A stretch of 64,000 nt of DNA from an uncultured Alphaproteobacteria bacterium (GTDB taxonomy: Bacteria > Pseudomonadota > Alphaproteobacteria > UBA6615): contig CALSNJ010000002.1 in NCBI GenBank assembly GCA_943787745.1, positions 1,048,668 to 1,112,667 of the forward strand. The letters run 5' to 3'. The notes under the pieces are model-generated. The model made no database searches, had not been told where the DNA came from, and saw only the letters and a program-made list of their open reading frames with translations. Made by a program: the position numbers and the translations under genes. Positions 9,055 through 19,206 of the stretch are shown piece by piece; the first letter of the stretch is position 1; every line of letters starts with the position of its first letter.

Positions 9055-11538
9055 ATGCCCAAGCGCATGCTTATCGACGCAACCCATCCCGAAGAGACCC
9101 GGGTTGTTGTCGCGGATGGCACCGACCTCCTTGAATACGATTATGAAACCTCAACCAAACGCCAGATCAAAAGTAACATCTATCTGGCCAAGGTCACCCG
9201 TGTAGAACCATCACTGCAAGCCGCCTTCGTCGACTTTGGTGGCAATCGCCATGGCTTTTTGGCGTTCAGTGAGATCCACCCGGACTACTATCAGATCCCC
9301 GTCGAGGATCGCGAGAAACTGCTCGCGGAAGAATCCAGTAGCGATGATGACGATGATGAAGTTGTCGCAGACGGGGAAACGACCGAAGACGGAGAGACCG
9401 ACGGCGAGCCTGACGGCGAATCCGAAAATGGTGACGACGATGTCGTCAGTGATGACGATGATGATGACATCAAGGAACTGGCGGAGGCGCATCGCAAACG
9501 ACTGCGCAAGCTCACCCGCAGCTACAAGATTCAGGAAGTCATCAAACGTCGCCAGATTTTGCTCGTGCAGGTCGTCAAGGAAGAGCGCGGCAACAAAGGT
9601 GCAGCTCTGACCACTTACCTGTCCCTGCCCGGACGATATTGCGTTTTGATGCCCAACACGTCGCGCGGCGGTGGCGTGAGCCGAAAGATCACAGACCCCA
9701 AGCATCGCAAGGCGATGAAGAGCATCATGTCGGAGATGGAAGTCCCCGATGGCATGGCCGTGATCATGCGCACAGCAGGTGTCGAGCGCACCAAGGCCGA
9801 AATCAAGCGCGACTATGAGTATCTGCGCCGTGTTTGGGACGAAACCCGTGAGCTGACGATGGATTCGACGGCCCCTTCCCTGATTTATGAAGAGGGTGAT
9901 GTCATCAAACGTGCGTTGCGGGACATTTATGACCGCGACATTGACGAAGTGCTGATCGAAGGCGATGACGCCTATAAGGCTGCCAAGGCCTTGATGCGCA
10001 CCATGATCCCGTCTCATGCGAAACGGGTGCAGAAGTACGATGATGCAAGCATCCCGCTCTTCAATCGCTATCAGATTGATCAGCAGCTTGATGAGATTCA
10101 CGACCCGGTCGTCCAGCTGAAGTCGGGTGGTTATCTGGTGATCAACCCGACCGAAGCATTGGTGGCAATCGATGTGAACTCGGGGCGCTCTACCCGTGAA
10201 CGAAATGTCGAGCAAACGGCCTACCGAACGAACCTGGAAGCCGCCGAAGAGGTCGCACGCCAATTGCGGTTGCGTGACCTCGCCGGACTTGTCGTGATCG
10301 ATTTCATCGATATGGACGTTTCGCGAAACAATCATGCCGTTGAGCGCAAGCTCAAGGAAGCGATGAAGACCGACCGGGCGCGCATCCAGATTGGACGGAT
10401 ATCATCCTTCGGTTTGCTGGAGTTATCCCGTCAACGGTTGCGTTCGAGCTTGCATGAAGCCCACACCCAGACCTGCCCCGTCTGTCAGGGTGCCGGTTTC
10501 GTCCGCTCCACGGAATCCAACAGCATGGCAATCCTTCGTGAACTCGAGGAAGAAGGCCTGCGCAAGCGTTCGGAAGAAGTCGTCGTAACGGCACAAACTG
10601 ATGTTGCGCTTTATCTGCTCAACCAGAAGCGCGATTCTTTGCGCGAAATCGAGGAGCGGCACAATATCCGTGTGCTCGTCGTGGCTGATTCAGCCCGAAC
10701 CGCCTCCGAGTATGAGGTTGGACCATCACGCGCTGATGGCGATGACGCCAAGGACGATAAGAATGCGCGCCCCTCAAAGGGCGGCGACAAACGCGAGGAT
10801 GATGCGCCCAAGCGTCGGCGTCGTCGGAGCCGCAAACGGACGGATGACAATGCCGACGATTCCGAAAGCACAAAAGAAGCAGACGTAGCCGACGAATCAG
10901 AGGCCGAAGGGGAAACCCCTGAGGCCGAAAGCGATGATGAGGATGGCGCCAAGCGCAACGGTCGCCGACGCGGCCGTCGTGGTGGTCGCAGACGGCGGAA
11001 ATCAGACTCTGACGCTGAGACGCAGGAGAACTCCGAGGAGAAACCCGACGCAGAAGCCGGCGCCGATGATCCCGCTGAGAAGTCTGAAAGTGATGTCGAA
11101 ACCGAATCAACGGACGAAGAAGAAGATGCGCCCAAGCGCCGTCGACGTCGGCCCCGTCGGCGTGGTCGTCGTACCCGCGACAATGCGGATTCCGATACAG
11201 AAGAAAACGGCGAGACTGTCGAAAAAACGGTGACTGCAGACGATACGACAAACGCCGCCGCGGATGACTCTGAGGTCGATTCCGACCTGGACATCCCCGA
11301 ACCCAAACAAGCCGAAGAAGCAGTCGAGCCTGAGTCCGATGTTGAGGCAGAAACCTCTGACGGGGACACTTCAGCCGAAGAGCCAGAGATCGCCGCTAAA
11401 GCTGACGAGGCAGCCGACGAGGTCGCCGAAGAAACTCTGGCAAAAGACGACGAACCTGTGGTGGCAGAAACGCCCGAAGAGGAAGAGGATGACGACCGGC
11501 CACGTCGATCAGGTTGGTGGAGCCGCGCAACAAGCTAA
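9055..11538 (+). CDS. rne: Ribonuclease E
   Basis: 828 aa. N-terminal catalytic domain (MPKRMLIDATHPEETRVVV..., S1 and DNase-I-like regions, Zn-link CPVCQGAGFV). C-terminal Arg-rich/acidic scaffold. Confidence 0.92.
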   Translation: MPKRMLIDATHPEETRVVVADGTDLLEYDYETSTKRQIKSNIYLAKVTRVEPSLQAAFVDFGGNRHGFLAFSEIHPDYYQIPVEDREKLLAEESSSDDDDDEVVADGETTEDGETDGEPDGESENGDDDVVSDDDDDDIKELAEAHRKRLRKLTRSYKIQEVIKRRQILLVQVVKEERGNKGAALTTYLSLPGRYCVLMPNTSRGGGVSRKITDPKHRKAMKSIMSEMEVPDGMAVIMRTAGVERTKAEIKRDYEYLRRVWDETRELTMDSTAPSLIYEEGDVIKRALRDIYDRDIDEVLIEGDDAYKAAKALMRTMIPSHAKRVQKYDDASIPLFNRYQIDQQLDEIHDPVVQLKSGGYLVINPTEALVAIDVNSGRSTRERNVEQTAYRTNLEAAEEVARQLRLRDLAGLVVIDFIDMDVSRNNHAVERKLKEAMKTDRARIQIGRISSFGLLELSRQRLRSSLHEAHTQTCPVCQGAGFVRSTESNSMAILRELEEEGLRKRSEEVVVTAQTDVALYLLNQKRDSLREIEERHNIRVLVVADSARTASEYEVGPSRADGDDAKDDKNARPSKGGDKREDDAPKRRRRRSRKRTDDNADDSESTKEADVADESEAEGETPEAESDDEDGAKRNGRRRGRRGGRRRRKSDSDAETQENSEEKPDAEAGADDPAEKSESDVETESTDEEEDAPKRRRRRPRRRGRRTRDNADSDTEENGETVEKTVTADDTTNAAADDSEVDSDLDIPEPKQAEEAVEPESDVEAETSDGDTSAEEPEIAAKADEAADEVAEETLAKDDEPVVAETPEEEEDDDRPRRSGWWSRATS

Positions 11539-11558
11539 GGCCATACGCCTCTGGCTGT

Positions 11559-12716
11559 TCAAGCGGTAAGTTTGCGCCAACCGCGCAGGCGCTCGACAGC
11601 ACGCGTCATATCATCTTCGCTACCCGCGAAGGAGAAGCGGATATAGGTGTTGCCGCGATACGGGTCGAAATCCAGCCCCGGTGTCGCGGCCACCTGCGCC
11701 TCCGTCAGCATTCGACGACAAAACTCTGCGCTGTCATTCGTCATATGACCGACATCGGCATAGATATAGAAAGCGCCGTCCGCCGGGGCGAGACGATCGA
11801 AGCCCGCCTTGGGAAGCTCCCTGAGCAAAATCTCCCGGTTGCGGGCATATCGCGAAATATTGTCACGTAATTCATCATGACTGTCGAACGCAGCCAGAGC
11901 TGCATGTTGCGAAAGCGTGGGTGGAGATATGAACAGGTTCTGCGCGAGGCATTCTACGGACCGCGTCATCTCTGGCGGAATTATCAACCATCCCAGCCGC
12001 CAGCCCGTCATCGAAAAATACTTCGAGAAACTGTTAATGATCACGGCATCCGGATCATGAGTCAGGGCGGTGACTGATTCATGGCCATAAGTAATGCCGT
12101 GATAAATCTCATCAGAAATAAAACGGATCCCGTTCTCACGGCAATACTGGGTAAGCTCGGCTATCTCCGGATCACCGAGCATCGTTCCAGTTGGATTTGA
12201 TGGGCTGGCCACGATAAGTCCATCCAGATCACCTTCCACCTGGGCCAGGAGTTCAGGTGTTGGCTGAAAGCGGTCTTCAAGACGGGTTTCAACAACCACC
12301 GGCTCAACCCCCAGAGCCGAGAGGATATTGCGATAGGCCGGGTAGCCGGGTGCGGCCAGCGCGACCCTGTCTCCTACGTCAAAGGCCGACAGAAAAGCCA
12401 AAAGAAACGCACCCGACGAACCCGTTGTGATGACAATACGGGCGGGATCAACGTCCACGCCATAGAAATCCCGATAATGCGTCGCCAGCCCGTCCCGCAA
12501 CGGAGCTATCCCTAGCGCATCGGTGTACCCCAATCGGTCTGACTGCAACGCTTCAATCGCGGCTTCTCGCACCCGCACCGGAGCTGCGGTGCTTGGTTGC
12601 CCCACTTCGAGGTGAACAATGTTCTCACCCACAGCATCAAGCGCATTGGCTTCGCGCATGACATCCATGACGATGAACGGGTCAATCTGACCCCGGTTCG
12701 ATGTTTTCAGGCTCAT
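11559..12716 (-). CDS. PLP-dependent aminotransferase (class I/II)
   Basis: 385 aa with the fold-type-I lysine motif SFSKYFSMTGWRLGW. Confidence 0.75.
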   Translation of the reverse strand: MSLKTSNRGQIDPFIVMDVMREANALDAVGENIVHLEVGQPSTAAPVRVREAAIEALQSDRLGYTDALGIAPLRDGLATHYRDFYGVDVDPARIVITTGSSGAFLLAFLSAFDVGDRVALAAPGYPAYRNILSALGVEPVVVETRLEDRFQPTPELLAQVEGDLDGLIVASPSNPTGTMLGDPEIAELTQYCRENGIRFISDEIYHGITYGHESVTALTHDPDAVIINSFSKYFSMTGWRLGWLIIPPEMTRSVECLAQNLFISPPTLSQHAALAAFDSHDELRDNISRYARNREILLRELPKAGFDRLAPADGAFYIYADVGHMTNDSAEFCRRMLTEAQVAATPGLDFDPYRGNTYIRFSFAGSEDDMTRAVERLRGWRKLTA

Positions 12717-12726
12717 TGCAGAACCA

Positions 12727-14265
12727 CTACTCGTCTGAACTCACGGCAAGTCCGAAAGATCGAGGATCTTTAACGAACTGACAGGTTTGCACCCTGGGCA
12801 GTCCCCGTGGGCAGTAGAAGCCATTTACACGTCCTATCTTCGGGGCAGCCGTGATGTCATGACCCAATGCGCGCAGCCCGTCCTGATCGGGCACTGACAT
12901 ATCCGCTTCAACCAAGGTGACATCGGGGTTTCCCGTTGTGTGCGCACGGGGCGCGCCAATCGCGGCCACCGCGTCACCGTCCTCATCCTGCACAGTTTCC
13001 AGCGCAATCTTGGCGACCGTTTCAACCACCGGCCCCGATCCTGCGGCCGCAAAGAAGGTCAGACCAATTTTCTCGTTAACCATCATCGCCACGGACGGAA
13101 CAGAAGCACGCGGCGCACCTGGCGGATTGGCCAGAATGATTCCCGTTCCAGGCGCCACAACACCACTGCCGAATGGGCCATTCATGGTGAATGAGCAAGC
13201 CACTGTCCGCCCCTGATTATCGACTGCAACTATGCTGGCCCCATCATGAGCGGTGTCTTCTGCAATCGTAACCGAGGGCATGACGGCGTTGTGCGTACTT
13301 GCTGAGTAACTCGCCATGAGAGTTGCAGCATCCGGGATCGCAGCCGTGCCATTGCGTTGCGCGACAGCCTGATACGAACGCGCAGCCGCCTCGAGCACCA
13401 GATGATACCGCCCCGCCGGATCTTCATCTTCAAACTGATCGTCTTCCACGCCGACTTCCCAGATACGGGCCCCGATCAGGCCTCCATCAGTTGGAGGGAA
13501 AACCACGACATTGTTCCCCAGCGGGAACCGAACAGGCTCCAGGAGCGCCGGACGGTACCCACGAAGGTCGTTGATGGTAATGTTGCCACCAGCTGATGAC
13601 ACAGCTTCGGAAAATGACCGTCCAATCGAGCCATCATAGAACTCGCCCGGCCCGCGTGTTCGCAAATTGGCAAGAAGCGCTGCCAATTCCAGCTGTCGAA
13701 GCAACTTGCCCTCCGCAATCACTGCAGGATCAAAAATTTCGCGGGCCTCTGCATCCTTCTCAAGAAAGCCGCGAGAGGCCTGAAAGTCGCGAACAAAGGC
13801 GCGGGAAACAGTGTGACCGTTACGCGCAAAGTCCTCGGCCGGCTCCAAAAGGGCAGACCAATCAATTTGACCGTAACGAGCATGCAACAGGAACATTCCG
13901 CGAATATTTCCAGGAACTGCGAACTTCCCGTCAGCGCTCTGGGCCAGGCCCGGCAAGAACGTTATCGCTTCGGTTTTGACCTGAACGGCATCGTGCAGAA
14001 GACAAACTCCCCCGCCCCCCAGGCTGGCTGCGCCCGGCATGGTCACAGCCATCGTAAAATAAGCCGCAACAGCCGCGTCAGCCGCTGTACCACCTGCTGA
14101 CAGCACCTCGCGACCAACAAGGGCAGCGCGGGGCTCATCTGCGATCAGCCCCCCGAAAAACCCATCGACAAAGCCGATATCGCCCTGTTCGGGCCCTTTT
14201 CCACCGCACGCGGTGAGTAAAAGGAGTAGCGCTAAAAGCGACCCCCGACCTGATTGACGCCACAT
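12727..14265 (-). CDS. ggt: Gamma-glutamyltransferase family lipoprotein
   Basis: GGT-family motifs (GGGGVCLLHD, TMNGPFGSGVVAPGTGIILAN). Lipobox LLLLTAC follows ATG 14265. The tool start at 14313 adds 16 aa. Confidence 0.7.
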   Translation of the reverse strand: MWRQSGRGSLLALLLLLTACGGKGPEQGDIGFVDGFFGGLIADEPRAALVGREVLSAGGTAADAAVAAYFTMAVTMPGAASLGGGGVCLLHDAVQVKTEAITFLPGLAQSADGKFAVPGNIRGMFLLHARYGQIDWSALLEPAEDFARNGHTVSRAFVRDFQASRGFLEKDAEAREIFDPAVIAEGKLLRQLELAALLANLRTRGPGEFYDGSIGRSFSEAVSSAGGNITINDLRGYRPALLEPVRFPLGNNVVVFPPTDGGLIGARIWEVGVEDDQFEDEDPAGRYHLVLEAAARSYQAVAQRNGTAAIPDAATLMASYSASTHNAVMPSVTIAEDTAHDGASIVAVDNQGRTVACSFTMNGPFGSGVVAPGTGIILANPPGAPRASVPSVAMMVNEKIGLTFFAAAGSGPVVETVAKIALETVQDEDGDAVAAIGAPRAHTTGNPDVTLVEADMSVPDQDGLRALGHDITAAPKIGRVNGFYCPRGLPRVQTCQFVKDPRSFGLAVSSDE

Positions 14266-14307
14266 TTTCGTGTACCTAGGTTGGAATACAGCTTTGGAGA
14301 TAGACAC

Positions 14308-15660
14308 GTGCACTCGCTTATACGCCTGGTTGCTCTGATCACCGCTTTGGCTGTCGGACTAATTCAGCCCGCCTTCAGTCAGAATCGTGGAATCAGCCTG
14401 ATTCGCGATGCAGAAGTAGAAAATATCATTCGAGACTACTCCACGCCAATTTTCAATGCGGCAGGACTGGATGCCGATTCTGTGAGCATCCATCTTGTAC
14501 AAGACCCCCGGCTAAACGCATTTGTTGCAGGTGGCCAGAGAATGTTCCTGAACACCGGGCTCCTTATACAGGCTCAGACACCCGAACAGGTCCAGGGAGT
14601 GATCGCCCATGAAGCCGGGCATATCTCAGGCGGTCATCTTGCACGATTGCAGGACGAACTGCGCAATGCCGAATTAAAATCGATCCTGTCCATGATCATC
14701 GGCACAGCGGCCGGCCTTGCCGCGCGCGATGGCCGTGTTGCAGGTGCAATCATAAGCGGCGGGTCTCAAGCGGCCTTTGCGGATTTGCTAAAGTACAGCC
14801 GGACTCAGGAATCTTCAGCTGATGCGGCAGGCCTCAAATATCTCGACGCAACGGGAACATCCGCCCGCGGGCTGCGCGAGTTCTTTGAACTTCTGCAACG
14901 AGAGATGCGCGTCACCGGAGGGCGCGAGCACCCCTATCTCAGCAGTCATCCGCTCACCAATGAACGAATTACGACGGTCGAATCGCATCTGGCATTCTCC
15001 CGCTATGCCAACACACCGACCCCACCTGAGCTCGCCCGCAAGCATGCCATGATGCGAGCCAAGTTGATCGGCTTCCTGGAACCTCTCCCGAATACGCTCA
15101 AGGCCTATCCTCCCTCTGACAATTCCATTCCCGCCCGGTATGCACGCGCCATCGGCTTCTATCAGCAATCCGACCTTAATCGCGCCATTCCCCTGATTGA
15201 TGGACTCATTGCCGACGAACCGGAGAACCCGTACTTCTATGAACTGAAGGGGCAGATGCTGCTGGAAAACGGTCGGGTTCAAGAATCACTCGCACCCTAT
15301 CAACGGATGGTAGACCTTGCTCCCGGTGAACCCCTGCTGCGCTCTGCTCTGGCAAAGGCACAGGTTGAAACCGGTGATCCGGCACTACTTGAAGACGCAC
15401 TTTCAAACCTGCTTGTCGCAACGCGGTCCGAGCCAACACTGGCAGGAAGCTGGAGATTGCTGACGGTTGTCTATGGCCGCCTTGGCATGCAGGGTGAGCT
15501 AGCTTTGAGTCAGGCCGAGTTCAACCTTCTCAGCGGCGACCCCAAGGCCGCGCAGGCACTTGGCAACCGGGCCCTCGACATCCTCGCCACTGGCTCGCCC
15601 GCATGGATCCGCGCGCAGGACATTATCAGTGAATCCGAACGGCAACTGAAGGACCGCTGA
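14308..15660 (+). CDS. M48-family Zn metalloprotease with C-terminal TPR-like repeats
   Basis: HEAGH zinc motif, a signal peptide and a TPR-like C-terminus. The start is uncertain: GTG at 14308 after a GGAGA, or TTG at 14254. Confidence 0.75.
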   Translation: MHSLIRLVALITALAVGLIQPAFSQNRGISLIRDAEVENIIRDYSTPIFNAAGLDADSVSIHLVQDPRLNAFVAGGQRMFLNTGLLIQAQTPEQVQGVIAHEAGHISGGHLARLQDELRNAELKSILSMIIGTAAGLAARDGRVAGAIISGGSQAAFADLLKYSRTQESSADAAGLKYLDATGTSARGLREFFELLQREMRVTGGREHPYLSSHPLTNERITTVESHLAFSRYANTPTPPELARKHAMMRAKLIGFLEPLPNTLKAYPPSDNSIPARYARAIGFYQQSDLNRAIPLIDGLIADEPENPYFYELKGQMLLENGRVQESLAPYQRMVDLAPGEPLLRSALAKAQVETGDPALLEDALSNLLVATRSEPTLAGSWRLLTVVYGRLGMQGELALSQAEFNLLSGDPKAAQALGNRALDILATGSPAWIRAQDIISESERQLKDR

Positions 15661-15791
15661 CACGGTTTGAACCCGCAGTCTCGCAAAAGGTCACCTTTGC
15701 GTGACATTTCGCACCCACGGTTGATCGCGGGGTCCCTGTTCATCATCATCGCGCCGTCCAATTCCGTTTCGTTTCTTCAAGGAGAGTTGTT

Positions 15792-16598
15792 GTGCCAGAA
15801 TCCCGCGGGGCCATATTTGTTGCCGTTCTAATAGCTGCCCTTGTTGCGCTGGCAATTGTCTTCCCCCAATTCGGTCAACAGGATGGTCCCATTGTCACGG
15901 AAATACCGCGCACGGGAACCGTCACGACATCATTCTCCGATATCCAGAAAAACGACATTCGCAATACCGTGCGCGAATACCTGCTTGAGAACCCGACGGT
16001 CATTGTCGAAGCTCTCGAAGCCCTTCAGGCCCGTCAGCAGCAGACCGAGCAACAGCAGTCCCGTGGCGCGCTCTCGGCCCACTCCGACCGTCTGCTCAAT
16101 TCCCGACAGGACCCGTCAATCGGCAACCCGAACGCCAGTGTCACCGTCGTAGAGTTCTTTGACTACCAGTGCCCCTATTGCAAACGTATGGCCGAGGATC
16201 TGGTCAAACTCACCGAAGAAGACCCCGATCTGCGGATTGTCTTCAAGGAATTTCCAGTTTTCGGCACGGAATCGACCCTTGCTGCCCGCGCCGCACTTGC
16301 AGCCGCAAAGCAGGGAAAATATGCAGAATTTCATGTCGCCATTATGGGGTTTCGCGGCGCCCCTTCCGAAACAGCAATATTCCGCCTCGCCGACCAATTG
16401 GGGTTGAACGAAGAGCGCTTGCGGAAAGACATGCAATCTGAAGAAATCGAAGCGATGATCCAGGCGAACTACCAGCTGGCCCAACAGATTGGGGTCCGCG
16501 GCACACCCGCCTTTATCATCGGTGATGAGCTGATCCCCGGCGCGCTGAGCCCCCAGGCCATGCGTGATCTCATTGCGCGCAAACGCGAAGAATCCTGA
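15792..16598 (+). CDS. DsbA-family thiol:disulfide oxidoreductase
   Basis: CPYC active site in a thioredoxin fold, with an N-terminal TM/signal anchor. AGGAG SD 7 nt before the GTG start. Confidence 0.8.
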   Translation: MPESRGAIFVAVLIAALVALAIVFPQFGQQDGPIVTEIPRTGTVTTSFSDIQKNDIRNTVREYLLENPTVIVEALEALQARQQQTEQQQSRGALSAHSDRLLNSRQDPSIGNPNASVTVVEFFDYQCPYCKRMAEDLVKLTEEDPDLRIVFKEFPVFGTESTLAARAALAAAKQGKYAEFHVAIMGFRGAPSETAIFRLADQLGLNEERLRKDMQSEEIEAMIQANYQLAQQIGVRGTPAFIIGDELIPGALSPQAMRDLIARKREES

Positions 16599-16607
16599 AG
16601 AGAAAAG

Positions 16608-17252
16608 CTATTCCGCGTCAGGTTGCAGGTCTGGAAAGGCCGAGCTGAATTCCTCGAGCGCAATGCAGGTTTCATAAATCCGAAGCACGGTCGGGAAAGC
16701 TGACAAATCGCAGCCAAAGCGTAGGGCATTGAAAACCTGCGGAACCAGGCAAATATCCGCCATGGTCGGGCTGTCACCATGCGCGTACTGACCAGTCGCG
16801 TCCGAGGAAAGCATGCCCTCAAGACCCGTCATGCCTTCTGTGATCCAGTGCTTGTACCAACGCTCGTTGCGCGCATCTTCATCGATGCCGAACTCACTTC
16901 CCAGCAATCGCAGCACTCTTAGATTGTTGATCGGATGAATATCGCACGAGATCGCCTGGGCAATGGCACGAACCCGCGCCCGACCCTTGGCATCGTCGGG
17001 CAGGAATGACGAACGCTCCGGTCGCGTCTCGTGGAGATACTCAATCATTGCCATCGACTGGGTAAGGACCGTGCCGTCATCATCAACAAGGGCGGGGACC
17101 AGCCCCTGCGGGTTAACCGCCAGATAGGCTTCCGAGACCTGATCTTTGCGCCGCAAATGGATGTATTCGCGCTCGTAAGCCGTTCCCAGAAGGTTCAGCG
17201 CAATGCGCATGCGGAACGCCGCAGACGATCGGTAATAATCATAAAGCTTCAT
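16608..17252 (-). CDS. maiA: Maleylacetoacetate isomerase (GST zeta)
   Basis: 214 aa. MKLYDYYRSSAAFRMRIALNL...NPQGLVPALVDDD matches the MaiA N-terminus. GGAGAG SD before ATG 17252. The tool ORF is extended upstream. Confidence 0.85.
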   Translation of the reverse strand: MKLYDYYRSSAAFRMRIALNLLGTAYEREYIHLRRKDQVSEAYLAVNPQGLVPALVDDDGTVLTQSMAMIEYLHETRPERSSFLPDDAKGRARVRAIAQAISCDIHPINNLRVLRLLGSEFGIDEDARNERWYKHWITEGMTGLEGMLSSDATGQYAHGDSPTMADICLVPQVFNALRFGCDLSAFPTVLRIYETCIALEEFSSAFPDLQPDAE

Positions 17253-17289
17253 AGTTCGCGCCTCTCCAGAGTCCATGGTCGCGCCGACC

Positions 17290-19206
17290 TTAAAGGTTCC
17301 GGATGTCCAATTCCGGCAACCTATCGGCGGGGACAAATCCGAACACGCACCCATAGAACGCGAGTTCTGCTTCCAACGCACGGCAAACGTTTTCGGCCTT
17401 CCGAAAACCATGGCCCTCTCCCTCGAAAAGAACATAGGCGACCGGGATATTCTTGGTGTCCAACGCCGCAACCATCGCTTCGGCCTGGTTGGGCGGCACA
17501 ACCTTGTCTTCGCTGCCCTGCAGGAAGATGACGGGACAATTCAGTCCCGCCACATGGTTGATCGGAGAGCGTGCCCGGTAAAGTGCTTCTGTCTCAGGAA
17601 GTGGTCCTATCAGACGGTCCAGATATCGACTTTCGAACTTGTGCGTGTCACGTGCCAATGTCATCAGGTCGCCGATCCCATAAAGGCTCGCACCCGCCGA
17701 AAAAGTATCTTTGAACGTCAAAGACGCCAGCGCCGTATAGCCGCCTGCACTGCCGCCCCGGATCGCCAGTTTCTCCGGATCGGCCTTGTTCTTCGAAACG
17801 AGATATTCAGCCCCGGCGACCATGTCTTCAACATCAAAATCACCCCACCTGCCGTAGAGCGCCTCCCGGTAGGCACGACCAAAGCCAGTGCTGCCGCGAT
17901 AGTTTACATCGAGAACAGCAAAGCCCCGGCTGGTCCAGTACTGGATCGCCAGACTTAACGATGGCGAGGCTGCACTTGTGGGGCCACCATGACCGCGCAC
18001 GATAAGCGGTGGGCGTTCACCATCCGGACCCACGAAAAGGGCGTTCCGAGGGGGATAATAAAACCCATAGGCAGAGGCGTCTTCGCTCGTTTCGAAGGTT
18101 ATTGGCTCAGGAACTGAAAGATCATCTTTCGCAATCATCTCTGCAGCGGCGCGTTTGAGCACCACGCAATTTTCTGCCTCAAGATCAAACCGCACAACAG
18201 CCTTTGATTCCTGTGGGTTTGCCCCAAGGAACACGACACCTTCACCAATGCTGCGCACACTCGAGATATCGGTGTAAGGCGTTGCAATATCGTGAATTCG
18301 CTTGCCGGTAATCTGCGCAAGCTGCCAGAGGCCGTTTTGAGAATAAGCGCACAGTATGTCTCCGGACGGGAGCACATCATAAGTCCGCATACCGAAATTC
18401 CACTGCGGAAGGCCAAACTCTGCGTCCCGTTCAATCAGGATCGAAACCGTCTCGCCGTCCCAGACGTGCAGGTTCCACCAGCCTGTCCGGTCCAGTGCGA
18501 ATACAAGCGACCCGTCTGGACGCCATTCCGGCTGGAAGGCCGCCTCTCCAGCACCGCCTGCGACCTTCAAAACCTCGCCAAGCTTGCCGTCTGCAGCGAG
18601 ATCAGCCACCCACAGCGTGGCACCATCCCACGGCATGTCTGGCAAATCCCAACTCAGCCATGCCAGGCGGGTTCCGTCGGGAGAAATCCGTGGGTTGGAG
18701 ATGAAATCATGACTGCTATCGAGCTCGGTGACCGCGCCGTCGGACAAGCCAATGGCAATCAATGCGTTCGCGGTTTCCGCAGCCCCGTGCCGTTCTCGTG
18801 CGCAAATCAACCGCGCCCGGGACACATCAACGATCATATCGGCAAACCGGTCGTCCGCGCTGCCTGTCAGAACCTGAGGAGGTTCATCGACCTTGTGGCG
18901 ATAGATATGCTGGTCTTGGGCGTTCACGAAGTAAATCGTGCCGTCATGGATATGCAAAGCACCGCCGCCATACTCATGCGCCTGAGTCCGCACCGAATAG
19001 CCCTCTGGCGTAATGTCGGTATGGCTGCCTTCAACATCCCCGACAAGCACAACCCGCCCGCCTTCGCTGGGTCGTCTTTCGAGCCAATAAATCTGACCGT
19101 TGTCAACAAAGACACCGTCCAGCGAAATGGTCGTGTCGGCAATCATGCTCGCCGATATGGGTGATTTCCAGCTCCCGTACGGAGCCTGAACGCGCGCGCC
19201 GCTCAT
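17290..19206 (-). CDS. S9 family serine peptidase (prolyl oligopeptidase / acylaminoacyl peptidase-like), beta-propeller + alpha/beta hydrolase
   Basis: 638 aa with the GGSAGG nucleophile elbow and C-terminal D/H catalytic residues. Confidence 0.8.
   Translation of the reverse strand: MSGARVQAPYGSWKSPISASMIADTTISLDGVFVDNGQIYWLERRPSEGGRVVLVGDVEGSHTDITPEGYSVRTQAHEYGGGALHIHDGTIYFVNAQDQHIYRHKVDEPPQVLTGSADDRFADMIVDVSRARLICARERHGAAETANALIAIGLSDGAVTELDSSHDFISNPRISPDGTRLAWLSWDLPDMPWDGATLWVADLAADGKLGEVLKVAGGAGEAAFQPEWRPDGSLVFALDRTGWWNLHVWDGETVSILIERDAEFGLPQWNFGMRTYDVLPSGDILCAYSQNGLWQLAQITGKRIHDIATPYTDISSVRSIGEGVVFLGANPQESKAVVRFDLEAENCVVLKRAAAEMIAKDDLSVPEPITFETSEDASAYGFYYPPRNALFVGPDGERPPLIVRGHGGPTSAASPSLSLAIQYWTSRGFAVLDVNYRGSTGFGRAYREALYGRWGDFDVEDMVAGAEYLVSKNKADPEKLAIRGGSAGGYTALASLTFKDTFSAGASLYGIGDLMTLARDTHKFESRYLDRLIGPLPETEALYRARSPINHVAGLNCPVIFLQGSEDKVVPPNQAEAMVAALDTKNIPVAYVLFEGEGHGFRKAENVCRALEAELAFYGCVFGFVPADRLPELDIRNL

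Noticed and set aside
9211-11369. Long --strand ORFs (9211-10335, 10611-11369, 10619-11251) inside rne
   Set aside because: Antisense to a clearly identified RNase E. The low-complexity, repeat-rich acidic/Arg-rich coding DNA generates stop-free antisense frames that translate to Ser/Arg-rich nonsense.
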